Both the position numbers and the translations under genes were made by a program. Under the pieces are notes generated by a model that was given only the letters and a program-made list of their open reading frames with translations, had not been told where the DNA came from and made no database searches. From Acidobacteriota bacterium (GTDB lineage Bacteria; Acidobacteriota; UBA6911; RPQK01; CBDDCF01): a stretch of 64,000 bases of DNA. Positions 29,315-38,862 of the stretch are shown piece after piece. The stretch spans positions 11,310 to 75,309 of the forward strand of contig CBDDCF010000019.1 in NCBI GenBank assembly GCA_965225995.1, given 5' to 3'. How positions within the stretch are numbered: the first letter of the stretch is position 1; each line of letters opens with the position of its first letter.

Positions 29315-30859
29315 CTAGGAGTCTGCGCGGCAGGAGTTTCTGATCAACGTGGAATTTCCAATTCTTGAGTTTATGTTTCGGGGTGCCCTATAAGAGAAAG
29401 GGCGATCTTTATCGTGCTTCCGCTTGCAGAGGCGGCCGAACTGCTGAAAATGAGCCCAGGGGGAGGGCATCTTTCCGTCCGAACCTGCTCAGCAGGTGGG
29501 TAGGCGCCCATTCATGCGTTTCAAGTTCAGGGCGAGACAGACCAGGTCCCACTCGCCTTCCACTTTCTCGAGTCCCCTCAAGCTGAAGGTTCGAAAGCCA
29601 AGGACCTGTTTAACCCAGCCGAATACAGGTTCCGCGATCACCTTGCGCCGGCGGTAGACAGTTTGCCCCGCCTCCGTGCCCAGCTTCTTGAACATGCGCA
29701 GCGTGGCGGGGAGATTTTCCGACGGCTCTGGATCTCGCCCCTCTCGGCCCAAAGAGATGTAGCCATCGATCTCGCGTTCTTCTAGACCTTCAAAGTTCTC
29801 CTCGGACTTATACCCGGCGTCGGCCACTACCTGCTCGGGAGGGTGCTCCAGGTTCTCTTGGACCGCATCGATCATCCCCAGTAATTGTCTGTTGTCGGCC
29901 GCGTTATTGGTAACCCCCGTGGCCACGATCATCTGTGTCTCCTCATCCACAGCGGCTTGCGTGTTGTAGCATTGTTCGAATCCCCCAGAGCTCTTCATGA
30001 TTCGACTTTCCGGATCTGTAAAGTTGTCTTGGGCCTTCTCCTCGGGAACTCCAAACTCCCGCTTGAAGGGGCGTCCTCCGCGCGGGTTCTTGCGACCGTC
30101 TCCGGGCTTGCGGCCGCGCTTCCGATCCGCCTCGGCCTGCCGTTGCTCCACGCGCTGCTTTGCCTCCCCGATCTTTTTCAGCCGATCTTCGCGGCGGCGT
30201 AACTATTCAGGCAGTTCGTCTCCCTGATTCTCTTCGCCGTAGAGCTCGTCTTCCGCTTTATCCACCTGCTGCGCACGATCCAACAGTTCGGCGATCTCTC
30301 CTTCCAGCCTTTTCTCTTCTTCCAACATCCGTGAATAGCTCATCGCCTTATGTTTGCTGGCGTTGGCCTTGATCTTACAGCCGTCCACCGCCACTCGCCC
30401 CAGCTTGACCAATCCCGCCTCGGCCGCGATCCGCGCCACCTGTCCAAACAGTTTCTTGAACTCTTTGCGATGACGTTGACGAAACTCCGCCATCGTCCGG
30501 TGGGCTGGAAAATTACCCGCCGACAACACTCGAACAGCCACGTCCTCATACACTCGACGAGCCAGTTTCCGCGACGAGAACGTTCCCGTCGCGTACCCAT
30601 AAATCAGGATCTTCACCATCATCCTCGGATCAAACGGCCGATTGCGCCGCCCGTCCCCTTCGTACGGCGCGTAGAATCCACTCAGATCCAGCTCATCCAC
30701 CGTTTCGGAGATAAAGTAGGACAGATGATCTTCCGGCAACCAATCTCGCGGGGAGGGGGGTAGCAAGAAGCTCTGCTCCGGCTGGTACTTCCGAAATGTC
30801 GTTCCCATATCGCCATTTTATTCACCAGCCCGGACATTTCCTGCCGCGCAGACTCCTAG
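29315..30859 (-). mobile_element. IS1182-family insertion sequence, copy A (1545 bp, defective)
   Basis: Ends CTAGGAGTCTGCGCGGCAGGA on both sides as inverted repeats. Co-linear with copy B (35464..37008), differing at a handful of bases. Inserted at the stop codon of the IS1380-family transposase gene. Confidence 0.85.
29489..30808 (-). pseudogene. IS1182-family transposase with in-frame TAG
   Basis: ORFs 30203..30808 and 29489..30151 are in the same frame. The TAG at 30203..30205 replaces the GAG (Glu) seen in copy B (ELPE*LRRRED versus ELPEELRRRED). Confidence 0.85.
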
Positions 30860-32193
30860 CTGGAGTTAAGGCGATTCAAGACGAGGAGGAAAAGGGCCTG
30901 CTCCGGAAAGCCGGAGGAAAGATGGGCCCAGATGCGTCGAGTGGTTTGTCGAACCCGCGCCCCAATTTTGAGGACCCGGCGACGCAAAGTTTCGATTTCG
31001 AGTTTCTGCCAGGGGGTTCCATACAGATAATCGCGGAGTCGGACGAACATCTGGTAAGCCAGCCCATGCAGGAGAAGTCGAAACTGGTTGGCCAGGAATC
31101 GATGACAGCTCAGCCGATCCATACTCAGATGGTTCTTAAAAGCCTTGATGAAGTTCTCCGACTGTCCTCGATCGGTGTAGTGATCATAAAGGGACTGGGA
31201 AGAGAGATCGTCTCGGTTGGTGACCACAAAGCGACGATTGATCCCCCGATGGTCGACTTCCACTTTGACGATGACGCGACGGAATCGATCCCAGCTGCCG
31301 GCTCGATAAAGAAACTCGTCAAACTGACGCTGTTTTTCCTCGAACTCGTCGAACCTGAGTCGAGTCGACTCGAGCATCGGCTCGACCATCCGTTGCAGGC
31401 GGGGGTTCCGGCTTAACCCAATGACATATTGGAGTTTGTTCTCTTCAGATTCACAGAACTCGTAGAGCCGAGGCGTGGCAAAGCCGCTGTCGGCCCGGAT
31501 CTCAATTTGAAGTTCCTTGCCAACTTCTCGTCGAATGGCTTTCACGATTCGTTTCAGAATAGGAACGATGTGAGAGGCAGCCCCCTTGTTTCCAGGCCTC
31601 AATACGACAGTGACCAGGTCCCCCGTAACGGAATCGAAGATCAGCAAAGGATGCAGAATGTGGTTTCGGTAATAGCCGTGGTAAAAAGAGAATTCCTGCT
31701 GGCCGTGAGTGTGGTCGTCAGTACTGTCCAGGTCCAAGATGACCTGGTCGGGGCGTCTCTTCTTCAGCGAGCGGACATAACGCTGTAGGAACCCCCGGCT
31801 CAGACGCATGAGATCCTTCTTGCTGACAGAGTTTTCCAAACGGGAAAAAGTTGCCTGGGTGGCCAAGTCAGGATCGCTCTCAGGTAACTGATCACAGACG
31901 GTCTTGAGCATGGGATCCGAGCGCAGCGTGTCCGCGTCATTGCAGTCTTCGTACCCGGCAACGATCTGAAAGACTCGTTGTCGGATCAGCTTTAACTGCT
32001 CATGACGAACGTAGCGTTGGTCCCGGCTATCCGCAATACACGAACTGAAGTCCTCGCAGAGTCGATCTTGCCGATCCAGGGAACCAAACAACAGCCATCC
32101 GGCATCGGAAGTCAGGTTCCCACCATCAAAACGAGCCGTGATTTGTGTGTGCGAGTGAAATGCCAGGGTGGTCTGACAGACTGGGTTTGACAT
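30856..32193 (-). CDS. IS1380-family DDE transposase
   Basis: 445-aa ORF with a family-typical N-terminus (FDGGNLTSDAGWLLFGSLD) and DDE region (ILDLDSTDDHTHGQQE, IRADSGFATPRLYEF). Its stop TAG lies in the CTAG terminus of the nested IS1182 copy. Confidence 0.8.
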   Translation of the reverse strand: MSNPVCQTTLAFHSHTQITARFDGGNLTSDAGWLLFGSLDRQDRLCEDFSSCIADSRDQRYVRHEQLKLIRQRVFQIVAGYEDCNDADTLRSDPMLKTVCDQLPESDPDLATQATFSRLENSVSKKDLMRLSRGFLQRYVRSLKKRRPDQVILDLDSTDDHTHGQQEFSFYHGYYRNHILHPLLIFDSVTGDLVTVVLRPGNKGAASHIVPILKRIVKAIRREVGKELQIEIRADSGFATPRLYEFCESEENKLQYVIGLSRNPRLQRMVEPMLESTRLRFDEFEEKQRQFDEFLYRAGSWDRFRRVIVKVEVDHRGINRRFVVTNRDDLSSQSLYDHYTDRGQSENFIKAFKNHLSMDRLSCHRFLANQFRLLLHGLAYQMFVRLRDYLYGTPWQKLEIETLRRRVLKIGARVRQTTRRIWAHLSSGFPEQALFLLVLNRLNSS

Positions 32194-32317
32194 TGCCGTA
32201 GTTCTCCGATAAGGATTTGTTTAATAAACCCTTTTATATCAGAGAGCTACGGCATTTTTTCTGGTCCCCAATCCACTCGAATCCGGATCTCTTGCATAAT
32301 CCTGGCTAGGTGCCCCA

Positions 32318-34927
32318 TCAACTCTTGAGGGCTTTCACAGGGTCGATGCGGGTTGCTCGGAGGGCAGGGAGAAGGCAGGCACCCAACCCGGTAAGAGTCA
32401 CTATCCCGGCCAAGCTCAGAAGAGTGATTGGATCCACGATCGAGATCTCGAAAAGAAGATGGCTGAGCAGCTGGCTAAGCGGTATTGAAGCGGAGATGCT
32501 AAACAGGCACCCGATTCCCACCAGGAGCATACCCTCCCCAACCACTTCGCCCAGGATGTTGCGCTGGCTTGCTCCCACCGCAAGGCGAATCCCGATCTCT
32601 GTCCTCCTGCGGCGGACTGAGAACGCAAGCAACCCGTGAATCCCGATCACAGTAAGTAGCAAGGCCACGACAGCAAAGCCGATCAGGAGCAGGGAACTGA
32701 ATCGGACTGGGGCAACCCGCTCGGCCACGTAGTCGCTCAAGGGACGGATCGCGAATAATGCCTGACGTGCATCGAGCTGGTGCACTTCCTGTCTGAGCCG
32801 GGCCGCCAGATCGTCCGTCCTTCCGTCCGGCCCTCTCAGGACCAGGGCCATGTCGCGCCGTGGCAGTTGCTGTTGGGGGTAGTAGAGAACCGGCGCCGGA
32901 TCGCCGGTTAAATCCAGGTGACGGATGTCTTCCACGATTCCCACTATCGTCCAGAGAGGACCTGGATTGTCCAGTCCCCACAACTTGACTCGTTTCCCCA
33001 GTGCATCGAGGCCGCCCCAATACTTTTCCGACAGATATCGGCTGACCACTACAACTCGCGGGGCATCGAGCGTGTCTGTCGGGGAAAAGAAACGCCCTCG
33101 TAAGAGAGGAATGGCGAGGCTTTCGAAGTAGGCTCCTCCCACGATGCGTGCTTCTGAATTGGGATCAATGCCGGAGGCGGGGGGGGCTTTCCCCTCAATC
33201 CCAAAGTCGAAATCTTCATCATCCCCACTAAGTGGGAGGAGAGAAGTGAGGCCAACCGTTTCGACTCCAGGCAGCCTGCTTAGGGAGCTGAGCAGACGGT
33301 CAAAGTAAGAGGCCACCTGGCGGTCCGTGGAGTGGCTGGTCTCCTCAACACTGATCCAGGCGGTCAGTACGTCGTCACTCTCGAACCCGGGTTGCACTTC
33401 GGCCAGTTTCCCGAAACTTCGAACGACCAGACCGCTACTCCAGAGCAGCACCACGGCCAGCGCAATTTCAGCCACTACCAGAATGAGACGAGTTCTTCTC
33501 CTTGGTTCACTGGCACGCCCGGTCGAGCCGAGGCCCGAGCCCCGGAGTCGGATCAGGTGCAGGGCCGGGAGCCAGCCTGCCAGAAAAGCTGTCGATAGCC
33601 CCAGCAACGCTGCGAAAATCAGAACGGTTGCATCTAGACGAGCCTCGTCAAGCCGTGAAACGGGCCCCGGGTTGAGCCAGGGCAGGAGCTCGATCAACCC
33701 TCCCGCTGTCGCCGCTCCCAGCAAGGTTGCGATTGACGACAAGATCAGGCTCTCTGTCAGCATCTGTCGCAGGAGTCGAGTGGGTCGGGCTCCCAGGGCT
33801 GCCCGCAGTGCCATCTCAGGTCTTCGTAGAACGCCCTTGGCCAGGAGCAAGTTAGCCACATTGGCACAGGCCACGAGCAAAACCAGGAAGACCGCGCCCA
33901 TCAGGGTCCAGAGTACCTGGGAGGCTTCACCGACCGCATGTTCGAGGAGGGGGATCAATACGATGTTGAAACGGCTGAGTTTGGGATAATTATCAGGAAA
34001 CTCTGTGGCAAAGCCCTCGGCAACTGCGAACATTTCCTGGCGCGCCGCGTCCAGTGATACCCCAGGCTTGAGGCGGGCGACAACTCGGCGGTTGTGGGCT
34101 CCACGGTTTCCCGGCCTGAGAGGGTCGACTCGCAGAGGCAACCAGATCTGACTGTCCGCTTGGGGATAATAGAAGCCTTTGGGCATCACTCCAATGATGC
34201 GGGTGAGGACACCGTCGATCACGAGGGTTTTTTCCAGAAGATTGGGGTCTTCGGCAAAACGCTGACTCCAGAGATCATGGCCGATGACTGCTACCGAGGC
34301 CCCTCCGGGAGCGTCCTCGATCTGGTTGTACCAGCGGCCGAGCAAAGGAGTGACGCCCAACACTCGTACCAGACTGGCCGTAGCGGCGAGAATCGAGACT
34401 CTCTCGACCGAGCGGCCCTCCTCTCCTGCCAGGTTGCCATTGGATTCTCGATACAGGGCAAGTTCCTGAAAGGATGAAGCTCTCTCCCGATAATCCAGGT
34501 ACTCCGGGGTGGAAACTGAGCCCTGCTCGGACCCCCCCCAGCTGGCGAAGATCCTGACCAGAGAGTCATCCTCAGGATACGGGAGAGGGTTCCAGAGAAC
34601 CGCCAGCAATACACCGAAAAGGGCCGAGCTGGTCCCTATTCCTAGGGCCAGGGTTGCAACAGCCGCAAGCGTACTGCTGGGCGTTCGAAGGGCACTGCGC
34701 CACCAGGTTTTGACATCTTGCCGAAGGACGTCGAAGTGCTCTCCGGGAGCTGCTCGGAGGATGGCCCAGCCAGCTCGAAGCAGGGTTCGGCTGCCCGAGC
34801 CTTGCTTTCGCCCGTCCTCCCATTCGCTCTCGAAAACCGCTTCCATTTCGTGGCCGAAATCCTCCCGGAATCCAACCGGGAACAGTTGCAAGAGAAGTTG
34901 ATAGAGGCGTTTGACTGTTTCTTTCAA
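32318..34927 (-). CDS. ADOP-type duplicated FtsX/MacB permease (869 aa)
   Basis: Same architecture as 15890..18574: prefix region, two MacB periplasmic domains and two FtsX modules, ending LLPALRATRIDPVKALKS. Confidence 0.9.
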   Translation of the reverse strand: MKETVKRLYQLLLQLFPVGFREDFGHEMEAVFESEWEDGRKQGSGSRTLLRAGWAILRAAPGEHFDVLRQDVKTWWRSALRTPSSTLAAVATLALGIGTSSALFGVLLAVLWNPLPYPEDDSLVRIFASWGGSEQGSVSTPEYLDYRERASSFQELALYRESNGNLAGEEGRSVERVSILAATASLVRVLGVTPLLGRWYNQIEDAPGGASVAVIGHDLWSQRFAEDPNLLEKTLVIDGVLTRIIGVMPKGFYYPQADSQIWLPLRVDPLRPGNRGAHNRRVVARLKPGVSLDAARQEMFAVAEGFATEFPDNYPKLSRFNIVLIPLLEHAVGEASQVLWTLMGAVFLVLLVACANVANLLLAKGVLRRPEMALRAALGARPTRLLRQMLTESLILSSIATLLGAATAGGLIELLPWLNPGPVSRLDEARLDATVLIFAALLGLSTAFLAGWLPALHLIRLRGSGLGSTGRASEPRRRTRLILVVAEIALAVVLLWSSGLVVRSFGKLAEVQPGFESDDVLTAWISVEETSHSTDRQVASYFDRLLSSLSRLPGVETVGLTSLLPLSGDDEDFDFGIEGKAPPASGIDPNSEARIVGGAYFESLAIPLLRGRFFSPTDTLDAPRVVVVSRYLSEKYWGGLDALGKRVKLWGLDNPGPLWTIVGIVEDIRHLDLTGDPAPVLYYPQQQLPRRDMALVLRGPDGRTDDLAARLRQEVHQLDARQALFAIRPLSDYVAERVAPVRFSSLLLIGFAVVALLLTVIGIHGLLAFSVRRRRTEIGIRLAVGASQRNILGEVVGEGMLLVGIGCLFSISASIPLSQLLSHLLFEISIVDPITLLSLAGIVTLTGLGACLLPALRATRIDPVKALKS

Positions 34928-35007
34928 TCGTCTTACTCCCAGTTATTCCCAGACCAGCTCCTCATCCGTGTCCTTGGTGCTTGCTTCCGAGGAGCCCTGG
35001 ATCGGCC

Positions 35008-35334
35008 CTACGTTTGTTCCAATAGCCCGATTTCCCGAATCAGTGAGAGCATTTCTTGCATGTCCTGATCGGATTCGATCAGGAGCCGGCGGCCGCGTGG
35101 AGTGATCTTGTAGTAGCGCCGTCGCTCATCGTCCAGCGCCGCTATCGGACGTTGCTGAGTTTCCTCAATCAACTCTTCCCGCAACAATCGATTGATGATC
35201 GGATAAAGAGTCCCGGCGCTGAGGCGTATTTGCTGTCGGCTGTGCCGCTGGATGTCTTTGACGATGGCATACCCGTGCTTCTCTCCCAGGGCCAGTGAAA
35301 TTAGAACTCTCAGTTGATTCTCAGTCGGTCGCAT
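35008..35334 (-). CDS. PadR-family transcriptional regulator
   Basis: 108-aa ORF: LRVLISLALGEKHGYAIVKDI...SAGTLYPIINRLLREELIEE. Confidence 0.9.
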   Translation of the reverse strand: MRPTENQLRVLISLALGEKHGYAIVKDIQRHSRQQIRLSAGTLYPIINRLLREELIEETQQRPIAALDDERRRYYKITPRGRRLLIESDQDMQEMLSLIREIGLLEQT

Positions 35335-35463
35335 TGGCGTTGGCTCCTCGCTCTTAGGCTTTGCTAATCTCGATATAGTTTATCGTAGTTCGATATATTT
35401 CTTGGTGGGCGGAGAGCAGATTCGGAGGTTGATACGGACAAAGGGCATCTACCCTAGCCGACG

Positions 35464-37008
35464 CTAGGAGTCTGCGCGGCAGGAAATCTCCGGGCTGGTG
35501 AATAAAATGGCGATATGGGAACGACATTTCGGAAGTACCAGCCGGAGCAGAGCTTCTTGCTACCCCCCTCCCCGCGAGATTGGTTGCCGGAAGATCATCT
35601 GTCCTACTTTATCTCCGAAACGGTGGATGAGCTGGATCTGAGTGGATTCTACGCGCCGTACGAAGGGGACGGGCGGCGCAATCGGCCGTTTGATCCGAGG
35701 ATGATGGTGAAGATCCTGATTTATGGGTACGCGACGGGAACGTTCTCGTCGCGGAAACTGGCTCGTCGAGTGTATGAGGACGTGGCTGTTCGAGTGTTGT
35801 CGGCGGGTAATTTCCCAGCCCACCGGACGATGGCGGAGTTTCGTCAACGTCATCTCAAAGAGTTCAAGAAACTGTTTGGACAGGTGGCGCGGATCGCGGC
35901 CGAGGCGGGATTGGTCAAGCTGGGGCGAGTGGCGGTGGACGGCTGTAAGATCAAGGCCAACGCCAGCAAACATAAGGCGATGAGCTATTCACGGATGTTG
36001 GAAGAAGAGAAAAGGCTGGAAGGAGAGATCGCCGAACTGTTGGATCGTGCGCAGCAGGTGGATAAAGCGGAAGACGAGCTCTACGGCGAAGAGAATCAGG
36101 GAGACGAACTGCCTGAAGAGTTACGCCGCCGCGAAGATCGGCTGAAAAAGATCGGGGAGGCAAAGCAGCGCGTGGAGCAACGGCAGGCCGAGGCGGATCG
36201 GAAGCGCGGCCGCAAGCCCGGAGACGGTCGCAAGAACCCGCGCGGAGGACGCCCCTTCAAGCGGGAGTTTGGAGTTCCCGAGGAGAAGGCCCAAGACAAC
36301 TTTACAGATCCGGAAAGTCGAATCATGAAGAGCTCTGGGGGATTCGAACAATGCTACAACACGCAAGCCGCTGTGGATGAGGAGACACAGATGATCGTGG
36401 CCACGGGGGTTACCAATAACGCGGCCGACAACAGACAATTACTGGGGATGATCGATGTGGTCCAAGAGAACCTGGAGCACCCTCCCGAGCAGGTAGTGGC
36501 CGACGCCGGGTATAAGTCCGAGGAGAACTTTGAAGGTCTAGCAGAACGCGAGATCGATGGCTACATCTCTTTGGGCCGAGAGGGGCGAGATCCAGAGCCG
36601 TCGGAAAATCTCCCCGCCACGCTTCGCATGTTCAAGAAGCTGGGCACGGAGGCGGGGCAAACTGTCTACCGCTGGCGCAAGGTGATCGCGGAACCTGTAT
36701 TCGGCTGGGTTAAACAGGTCCTTGGCTTTCGAACCTTCAGCTTGAGGGGACTCGAGAAAGTGGAAGGCGAGTGGGACCTGGTCTGTCTCGCCCTGAACTT
36801 GAAACGCATGCATGGGCGCCTACCCACCTGCTGAGCAGGTTCGGACGGAAAGATGCCCTCCCCCTGGGCTCATTTTCAGCAGTTCGGCCGCCTCTGCAAG
36901 CGGAAGCACGATAAAGATCGCCCTTTCTCTTATAGGGCACCCCGAAACATAAACTCAAGAATTGGAAATTCCACGTTGATCAGCAACTCCTGCCGCGCAG
37001 ACTCCTAG
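35464..37008 (+). mobile_element. IS1182-family insertion sequence, copy B (1545 bp, intact ORF)
   Basis: Inverted ends CTAGGAGTCTGCGCGGCAGGA at 35464 and 37008. Single 439-aa transposase ORF. Inverted relative to copy A. Confidence 0.85.
35515..36834 (+). CDS. IS1182-family (IS4/IS5-superfamily DDE) transposase
   Basis: The N-terminal DUF772-like region (LLPPSPRDWLPEDHLSYFISETVDELDLSGF, MMVKILIYGYATGTFSSRKLA) is followed by a coiled-coil and a DDE C-terminal part (VADAGYKSEENF). Confidence 0.85.
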   Translation: MGTTFRKYQPEQSFLLPPSPRDWLPEDHLSYFISETVDELDLSGFYAPYEGDGRRNRPFDPRMMVKILIYGYATGTFSSRKLARRVYEDVAVRVLSAGNFPAHRTMAEFRQRHLKEFKKLFGQVARIAAEAGLVKLGRVAVDGCKIKANASKHKAMSYSRMLEEEKRLEGEIAELLDRAQQVDKAEDELYGEENQGDELPEELRRREDRLKKIGEAKQRVEQRQAEADRKRGRKPGDGRKNPRGGRPFKREFGVPEEKAQDNFTDPESRIMKSSGGFEQCYNTQAAVDEETQMIVATGVTNNAADNRQLLGMIDVVQENLEHPPEQVVADAGYKSEENFEGLAEREIDGYISLGREGRDPEPSENLPATLRMFKKLGTEAGQTVYRWRKVIAEPVFGWVKQVLGFRTFSLRGLEKVEGEWDLVCLALNLKRMHGRLPTC

Positions 37009-37178
37009 CCCGGATAATTCACGCGTTGTCGAAGCGAAGAGTCCGGGCATTTCTTGTCTGGGCGCCCCTTGGACCAGGGGGAGTTCGCCGGGTGGAGCCG
37101 ACTCTTACAATGCGTGGGTTGGAAACTGAGGCGGCAAGGCAGATCGTGAGCGTAGCAGCCAGCAGTTTATGAATGATC
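37009..37178. repeat. composite repeat: IS1380-type end (CCCGGATAATTCACGCGTTGTCGAAGCGAAG) plus a half copy of the palindromic element (37079..37117), ending in an inverted CCCGGATCATTCATAAAC
   Basis: Its start matches the left end of the MITE at 9180. The segment 37079..37117 matches the right arms at 11078..11115 and 23287..23324. IS1182 copy B abuts its first base. Confidence 0.5.
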
Positions 37179-37261
37179 CGGGGCCAGTGTCCTGTTGTTC
37201 GGCTTGACTCGTTTTGTCAAGACCAGGCAGCCAAGATTAGGGTTGTGCTGAAGGCGGTCCC

Positions 37262-37488
37262 GATAACAGCCCAGGGCACCGCCCTGGGGAAAGGCGCACG
37301 GCCAAGAGGAATCCTGAAGGGCTTCGCGAAGATGCTACATACCGATCCCTTGGAGTCTTCAGCATGCAATAGTAATAGGCTTCAGGTGAGGGATTAAGGA
37401 TCAAAACGCAGGCGGAATTTCGTGCAGCCCTTCAGGCTGCCTCATCGGTTTTCCTTCCCTTCCCAGGGCGCTGCCCTGGGCTCTTATC
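37262..37488. repeat. long imperfect inverted repeat (about 70-nt arms) with REP-like GC palindromes
   Basis: The arm GATAACAGCCCAGGGCACCGCCCTGGGGAAAGG...CCTGAAGGGCTTCGC pairs with GTGCAGCCCTTCAGG...CCTTCCCAGGGCGCTGCCCTGGGCTCTTATC. Each arm contains the hairpin CCCAGGGC.C.GCCCTGGG. Confidence 0.55.
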
Positions 37489-37563
37489 GCGATGCACCTT
37501 CGGCGCGTTGCGAACAGTACAAATCGGCGCGCTTCGGCCTTGGCAAGACTCCTGAGCGGGATA

Positions 37564-37650
37564 GCGAGCCGATTTGGAGTGCGGCAGCCGGATTGTTGGC
37601 GAAAGCCCGGCAGGTCTCTAAGGGAATCAAGCTGCCGCTTTGGTATCCGG
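37564..37650 (+). repeat. dispersed intergenic repeat, family B, copy 2
   Basis: Aligns with 9367..9452; the shared 3' block is AGCTGCCGCTTTGGTATCCGG. Confidence 0.5.
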
Positions 37651-37780
37651 ACACAGGGGCCATTGAGGAGACTCCGGCACGGCAGGCCGCCTTTCAAGGC
37701 ACGCTCGAGCGACAGGAACGGGAGCGATGGATTGAGTCGTTTCATAGTGACCATAGGCGTAGTGCCGGCAGGGGACACGC

Positions 37781-38574
37781 CTACCGCCTGTTGAGCCTTC
37801 TCTCCAACTCCTCCAAGCGGCGCTCTATCGCTTCGTTCTCCGCCTTCAATTGTGTAATTTTCGCCTCGCTCTCTACCTTCAACTGCAGGATCTCCGCATC
37901 TTTTTGGGCAGCCACCTCTTTCCCGCTTCCATCAGTGTCTCAACCTGGGCCTTCAGGCTGGCCTCGGAGTCTTGCGAATTCTCTATGTCGGATTCGTCAT
38001 GGGATTCTATGTGTACCAGCTTTTCACCGGAAAGGGACTCCACGAGACGAATGGTTTTGAGCATGTCCACGTTGATCTTGCCGTGTTCGTTCTCAGAATA
38101 GAAGGACCAGGCCATAGGTTCGGAAGGGGAGCCGATCAGCGAGAAGTTGTGCGGCGACAGGGTGGTGACGGTTCCAGACTCGTCCCTCACCTTTAGTTCA
38201 GAGCTGGCGGCCGCCACAGCTTCCGCGTAGAGCTGCACCAGATTGGCGGGCGAAGAAGTGGGGACAATGTCATTGGCAATGTCGAGTGTGCCCGCGATGC
38301 CCACGTTGCCATCCGAGAAGATACCTCCTGTTCCCACGTTGATACCGCCAGTGACCTGAAGCTGGCCTTGGGCAATCATGTCGTTTCGAACCTGCAGATT
38401 ACCCGCTTCCAGGGAGTGGGCGACGAGCGAAGTGACTTCAGCCCCGGAGACATCGATCACTTTCAAATTTTGTGCGCCGGCATCGGCCACATAGGCGTAG
38501 CGCCCCGACACATACACGGATTGTGGGTCTCCTGGGAACAAATACAGGCTTCGGTCTGGAGTCCAAAGGAACAA
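37781..38574 (-). pseudogene. surface/tail-fibre-like protein fragment with C-terminal coiled coil, 5'-truncated and frameshifted
   Basis: ORF 37879..38574 has a doubtful TTG start. It contains an LVIVD-like strand (YAYVADAGAQNLKVIDVSG) and a Gly-rich repetitive segment. A 1-nt deletion near 37915..37924 hides a clean coiled-coil tail (GKEVAAQKDAEILQLKVESEAKITQLKAENEAIERRLEELEKRLNRR*) that ends at 37781. Confidence 0.4.
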
Positions 38575-38595
38575 GGGGATTTCGTTGAGGGAATC

Positions 38596-38862
38596 TTGGT
38601 TTCAAAAGAAGCAGAGAAGGGAAACTTTGGATCTACTCTCTACTTGCTGGATGACGGCGAGAAGCAGATCGGTATCTACGGTACAGCTGTCTTGGACAAC
38701 AGAATGAGTTTTGTTGAAGTGGGCGACCGGATCCGAATCGAGTTCGAGGGGCTTACCAAGAGCAAGAACAACAACCGAGACCCGAAACTTTTTTCTGTTT
38801 TTCGTGAGACTGGTAACGGGCATAACGCCCGTTCTTCTTCTCAAGACCAGACTCAGGCTTGA
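38596..38862 (+). CDS. orphan ORF or gene fragment (hypothetical)
   Basis: Only the part of ORF 38368..38862 beyond 38575 looks protein-like (VSKEAEKGNFGSTLYLLDDGEKQIGIYGTAVLDNRMSFVEVGDRIRIEFEGLTKSK). A TTG at 38596 is the only nearby start. The region has lower GC than its surroundings. Confidence 0.3.
   Translation: MVSKEAEKGNFGSTLYLLDDGEKQIGIYGTAVLDNRMSFVEVGDRIRIEFEGLTKSKNNNRDPKLFSVFRETGNGHNARSSSQDQTQA

Larger units (their letters stand above)
29118..32305 (-). mobile_element. IS1380-family insertion sequence (about 1643 bp) carrying a nested IS1182-family copy
   Basis: Inverted ends: CCCGGATTATGCAAGAACCGTAGG reading in from 29118 and CCAGGATTATGCAAGAGATCCGGA reading in from 32305. Flanked by TTAG (29114..29117) and CTAG (32306..32309). 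Length minus the 1545-bp nested element is about 1643 bp. Confidence 0.75.

Noticed and set aside
30203-30205. TAG read-through or recoding (e.g. pyrrolysine) in the transposases
   Set aside because: The sister IS copy has an ordinary GAG at the same position, and nothing in the window suggests recoding machinery.
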